A DNA stretch of 50,348 bases from Catajapyx aquilonaris. Taxonomy: Eukaryota. Positions 12,396-50,348 of the stretch are shown here, one piece after another. Numbering within the stretch: position 1 is the stretch's first letter; each line of letters opens with the position of its first letter. The stretch is taken from contig JYFJ02002814.1 in assembly GCA_000934665.2 (NCBI GenBank), positions 1-50,348 of the forward strand, read 5' to 3'. The notes below the pieces were generated by a model. That model was given only the letters and a program-made list of their open reading frames with translations, searched no databases and was not told where the DNA came from. A program made the translations under genes and the position numbers.

Positions 12396-14411
12396 TAATC
12401 CTTATTCTTTAAAGAAAAAATGCAAGTGACAAACAAAACCTTTAATCACTGGACTGATTGTTGCTGTTTGGAATTTTCAGTTTGAAAACTATTTCCAATC
12501 CCCGCCCTTGACTGAGACGCTGCATTAAAAAAATAAATTGGCACACCATGTCTAGGAAAGGTCCATATTTTTCGGAGGCGGAAACAACTATGCAACTTGC
12601 ATTCAGCATTGAGACACAAAATTGGGGCAATGTACATATTTACAGTTAGCATAACTTCTCCGTAACGTTACATATTTTCAAATGTCAGTTCCACGGTTTC
12701 AGGGTAATACCAAGCTAGGCAGCAATATATGTTCGCACAGGTAACTTTGTACCTAATTATACCAGTACATTACTAATAATCCTCAACAGAACTAAAGTGT
12801 TGCGTACTTAACCACGGTATAGTTGAAGACCTTGTTCGAGAGGCAATTAGGTCAATCTTGGCGGCCGCATGATCCGATTCAGTTAAGGACTCAAAGATCG
12901 GATTGGCGGAATTTGATCATACGACCGGCAGGGATGCCATGGTTGTCTTACAGGCTTCCAACTACACCCTTCCTGTTTTGGACATACTCTGCACCACACT
13001 CCTCAATGTCACTACTGCTGGAAAAAAAAAAACTATGCCACTCCCGTCTTGAGTAAAACAAGTCGCAACTACAGTACCCTCATTTTAAAAATTCTGTCCC
13101 GTGGGTTTGTGATCACACCGAAATGATTGCCAGCATGTAGGCATTTTTAAGATGTCTGAATATTTTTTGAATAGGAATGCAGCAATCAGTATTAAAATGG
13201 CGGCTACACTTGTCATCACCTTGCCTTCTGAACGTGGATAATCAAAAAAAGTAATACTTTTATCTGCTAGTAACAAAGTAGAACCGCGTGAGTGCAAATT
13301 TTTTCTCCCCCTTTCCCTCCACCCTACCCCACTGTTGTGATCACAAGCCAATGAAGTGTGTCTATTACTATTTTTGTGTGCTGTTTCTTTTCAACCCCCT
13401 AATATATCGGTATTGTCTGAGACAATATGTTGTGGACGGATCTGAATGGTCTGATAACTTGGCATCAATAACCCCCCTTACCTTCCCCTGCCCCCATATT
13501 TATGAAGAAAAAATTTTTTGTGCTGCATGGAGACCTGATCAGTCTGATTCAAAACTACCTGAACTTTTTCGCAGGTGCCATTTAAAAAGAAAAGAACAAA
13601 AAAAAAACCACCTGCTCACATGACTTTTTTTTCCTCCCAGTACCTTAAAGACTTTAAGCCGTATGTAATGATGGTTAACTTATTAACTGAAACTCTTCCT
13701 AATATTTTCGAGTTACTGCCATGCATTATGTTCACTTCTGTTCCCATCAAAGGGTTGTAGTTTTTTCGACAGGTGGAGAGCCATTGTAGATTTATTTTCT
13801 CGTGATGATGCATGTCTTGCAAATAGTTGGAAGTTTTTGCATTTAAAAAAACAACAAACTTGTACTGAGAAACTGTTGGGTGCGAGATTAAAGAAAAATG
13901 GGAGGGGGGGAAACTGTGCTGAACTCAACCATGGGTAAAGGGCACACTGAGAAGAAGAAGAAGAAAAAAAATATTCTGCTCATCTTTGTACAGGTGTCCA
14001 AGAAAAAAAAGTTTCGTTGTAAATTGTTATGTATATCATGGTTAATTTATAGTAAAGATTTCTTGCAAGAAAAACTCTGACTTCCACAAGAATAATGCCT
14101 CTCATTTATAGGCCAACTCTCTGTGGCAATTAGATCCTTCTCTCTTTTCATGCTGCCATGGATGAATGTATTTACCAACCTTTGGTTAAGAAAACAATAT
14201 TAAAATCTTGATTAAAATGTCCCATAGGTCATACTCTTGTTAGCACGTTGCAAGATATTTTGCATGTTAGTCCACGTTGACCCAATTATTCTGGCCCCTT
14301 GGGCTAAATATTTGCTGCCAAGCAACAGGTTCACATGACACTAGAAATGGCCAAAGCAGATGCCTCAGGTACTGTACCATATGGTGTGTGACAATCAACA
14401 TTGAGACTTTT

Positions 14412-14575
14412 AGCGGCGTTTACATGTGAGCGATTTGATGATAACAACACTGAGTAACCCGAGTAACCAGTATTGTTGGAGGCGAAAATCAATTGTTACT
14501 TTTACCTCAAACAATATCGGTTACTTCACTCGGCGACAACTTCGCTTGTCAAATTGCTCACATGTAAACGCACCT
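14412..14575. mobile_element. Harbinger/Tourist-type MITE, same family as 19068-19223, in the opposite orientation
   Basis: TIRs GCGTTTACATGTGAGC / GCTCACATGTAAACGC. Internal GTAACCAGTATTGTTGGAGGCGAAAATC is the near reverse complement of 19137-19167. Confidence 0.75.
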
Positions 14576-15388
14576 TCATGCTGCAAAGATCTGGCAGATA
14601 TTCACATTTTGTTGCAGGTTGTGTAGTGTCGACCATCCAACAGCATTCGAGGGAAATGCTGTATCTTCAGAAACGGTGCGTCGTTCACGAGTCTGTTTTT
14701 GTGCAGCATTCCAGTTGCCCAAAAATGTTACTTTCTGCAAATTTCTCATCAAAATACAAAATATACTGATGCTGGTGGAATTCCTGCATGTTTCTGAAAG
14801 GTCTTGTTCTACGCAACTGTGACAAGTGTTACGCTTACCTGTTGCCGGTTTCATCCTCCCATACTTTGTGTCACTGTTTATGCTTACAACAGAGGAAAAC
14901 GATGTATATCATCTGGTCTACTGTTTGATCACCACAAACCTCATACAAAGCACTGCAAATCTTGATTTTTGCCATGTAAAGTAGTGATAGCATAGCACTG
15001 TCTTGCAAGTACCGTAGTGTTGTACTTACCTGGCCGAGTGTGTTGCAGGTCTAGACACACAATATGGTACGACGAATCTTGAATGGAAGCCTGCCGGTAC
15101 CTGGTACGACACCTTCACGTCCCAATCGAATTTCGAACGTCGCCGGTCGTCCGTTCCGGTGTTTTCTTGTCCGGCCGCCTGATGTCGCCACAGGTTCCAG
15201 GTGACGTCACACTTCCCCTCATGCGGTAAGGTGTCGCCGCCTGGTGTCCGTTGGCAAAAGTAGCACGACGTGGCACAAAAGCCGACGTTCGATTTGCAGT
15301 ACTGCATTTTTCTGTCCCGAGGTTTTTAGGGTTTTAATCCAGCGGGCGGCCACCTCGACCAGAAGAAGACGAAGAGGAAGCAGCAGCC

Positions 15389-19723
<4,335 letters not shown>

Positions 19724-20181
19724 TCTAAAAGATCTCCCCCAAAAATTATATTGAAGAGAATGAGTGATTTTGGTTTCATCACTTCCCATGCTCTATAAGT
19801 AAGAAGAAAATATAAATAGTACCACCAAAACTATGAAGATCTACAGGTATGGGAACTATGATAAGCAAACTCTTATGTAATGATGTGTTTGGGTGGATTT
19901 CTCCACGTCTGGAATGGGGAGAAATGATTCTCAACGCAACAAAGTAGGCTGGAGTTCTTTGTAATTATGAAGGATTGTGAGAAGAAAAAAAACCAAACAA
20001 ACCTGGAAAAAGAAGTAATATTCTGGTACATTCCTTGTCGGGTTCAAGTGGATTAATAAATTATATTTACAGATTTTTTTTGTTGTGTGCGTTGGAAATT
20101 TGCAGGTTGAGTTTTCCTCTTTCAACAATTTGCTTTTCTGACATAATCAAGAAAACTTTGTAAAGCGTTTTACAGTATTGC

Positions 20182-20187
20182 AATAAA
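20182..20187 (+). terminator. Candidate polyadenylation signal of the ARF gene
   Basis: AATAAA about 460 nt after the stop at 19723, followed by T-rich sequence. Confidence 0.55.
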
Positions 20188-21948
20188 CAAGGTGCATTGA
20201 AACAGAATCAAGACCCGTTTTTTCAGGCTTATTCTGTGCAACCAACAAAATTAAGTGGCATCATCTTCATATTTCTCAGGAAGTGCCATTTCCTTCACAT
20301 TTTCCTTCAGTGTCGCCTGGTGGATTATTTTGTTTCCTGTGTGCAATTGCGAAGCATCAAGTTAGTTCATGCTCAATGTATCTATATCAACAAAAAAATG
20401 ACATTCCTCCCACCTCGTTAAGCAAGTGCCACTAATTATCCTAATCTATGGGAACAATTTGTAAATGTAAGCCATGCAGGAAAAATAGGCAAATTCGAGT
20501 CGAACGATCTCAGTCCCAAACATAATACTGCAAGGACATTTAGAAGTGAGCTGGTTCTAGTTTACAAATGAGAATATGGGTGTAATTCTTCAGCCTACTA
20601 CTAAGGCGAGCAATTACATTTGGGACGAGGCTTACTATGTTAGCAGCAGTTACATTACGAAAGCATATATGCTGCGTCAGTGTTTTTAAGCTGGCCTGCA
20701 TTATTTTCAAATGCATGCAACACCGATGCAATAAAATCAAACCTTTTTATGATGCCAGTGAAACAATGAGTTGATCTCTCATATACTGTAACTGAAAAGT
20801 AATGCACTGCCTTTGAATGTTCATGTGACCTCGGTGAAGAAGCGTTTCCATTCCCTCAGTTTTTTAAAGGTTTGTATTTACTTTACTATACAGTGCATCT
20901 AAGTCAACAATGTTATTTACACACCCTGCGTGCGATGGCCATAGGAAAACGTAAACCTGTGGGACACTTAAAAATCGCATTGTTGCACGTAGCGGAAGGA
21001 GAGAAAAATAGAAATACTTGGGGCTGGGATGGGATGNTTAAATAACTTCTTGGCCATCTCTCCCCATCATAGTAATCAACTTAACCTCTGAATAATTACA
21101 AATTACCAACAAAGGTGGTGGAAAATATTGGTTTTAAAAAAATCATGCGCTTCTAAACAATGGTCTAAAAAAGTATACATATATTTTGCTGCTACAGATC
21201 TACTTGCTCATAACTATGCCGTGTTTCGCTTTCAAAATTCCTTGCTCTTCCGTTGCAAGTAGATGGCAGCACTCGACTTGGTTTATTGCAAGACACAGGT
21301 TGCCACAGGTCATTAGGCACTGGATTAGGGAATAAACGGCCGCCACAAATTAACTAGTGTACTTAGCCCTAAATAAAACACGATTAATCAAGCACTGATT
21401 GGCGCTCATTAGTAACGAGGGACCAGGGGGAGTTGTAATTATGAGCGGAGACGAATGACATCTTTTTTTTTTCCTTGACTAGTCTCACCTAAAAATTAAA
21501 AATACCTGTGGACATTATTTTGTTGTTCTAAAAAAAGATTTGGCAACAATGCTCCCCCTATACTTATTCAAAGGAAAAAATATATAACTATGGCAAAAAA
21601 ATAATATACCTATGAGATAAATAAAAAGCAACAACATATACCTAAACGGATTAAACAGCGATTATCATTCCATAATTGACAGAACTGGGGTGGGTCGGAG
21701 GAGGGGGGGAAAAATAGATAGATTCCTGGCCATTATTTTCGGAATGTACCTCCCTTTCAGGACGAAAAAAGAAATATACGACAGTCTCCATTTCTGGACG
21801 TGAGGACATTTCTAGGTATTGGCTCCAACTTTCTTTCGAAGACGAGATGTATGCTGACCATTATGGTTGAGAACAAGATTTTTCGGGGGGTTTAAAAAAA
21901 AAACAAAAACACATTCGTTATCACAGGCCCAACCTATAACCATCCAGA

Positions 21949-50024
<28,076 letters not shown>

Positions 50025-50348
50025 CTGCAACAGCAACGACAATGGGAATGGATATTAGGACAACGCAATACGACACTGACAGAGGCCCAATAATGAGACA
50101 CTAGCCATGACATGTAGAATATGATTCCTACCTGTGAGTGAGACATTACTGTATGAGCCATGAGAGTCTGAATGTAATGCGACGTCACCCCAGCTTGCAA
50201 GCACATGTGTTTCCATACACTCACGCATATCAAGCCAGACATTACGCACATTATGAGTAACAAGAGATTTCCTGCTAAGATTCGTTATCGTCATACGGTA
50301 TTCTGTACGCACTGAATTACTGAGGAATAGACACTCAAAAAGTTACGG

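Noticed and set aside
13795..13875. C/D-box snoRNA-like GTGATGA...CTGA
   Set aside because: The terminal stem does not fit kink-turn geometry, the would-be guide is A-rich with no recognisable rRNA complement, and the site is intergenic.
50132..50260. Possible first exon just upstream of the canonical IRBIT exon (…MAHTVMSHSQ|GTAGGA, phase 0)
   Set aside because: The peptide is not IRBIT-like and the composition looks intronic; the true first exon more likely lies beyond the window.

Overview
Eukaryotic (metazoan, arthropod-like by the ARF and IRBIT peptide signatures) genomic DNA with spliced genes, so most ORF-track entries are exon read-throughs or noise. Four conserved genes can be rebuilt with GT-AG, phase-consistent exons: THOC7 (minus, 3' end off the left edge), head-to-head with an ataxin-7/Sgf73 family gene (plus, 7 coding exons, 719 aa, no polyQ); a class II ARF (ARF4/5, plus, 4 exons, 180 aa); and an IRBIT/AHCYL pseudo-enzyme (minus, convergent with ARF). 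The canonical IRBIT phospho-serine exon (49937-50024) lies 24.4 kb from the rest of that gene. The intervening intron holds what look like alternative N-terminal modules, including a second, PKA-type serine-ladder exon with the same splice phases. That is the most interesting candidate system here. Introns and intergenic DNA carry a rearranged mariner with a nested Harbinger-type MITE, several other MITEs, V-SINE-like fragments and palindromes. Single Ns, three of them in G/C homopolymers, mark probable assembly joins. All isoform and TE calls come from reading the sequence; none has been checked against transcripts or databases.
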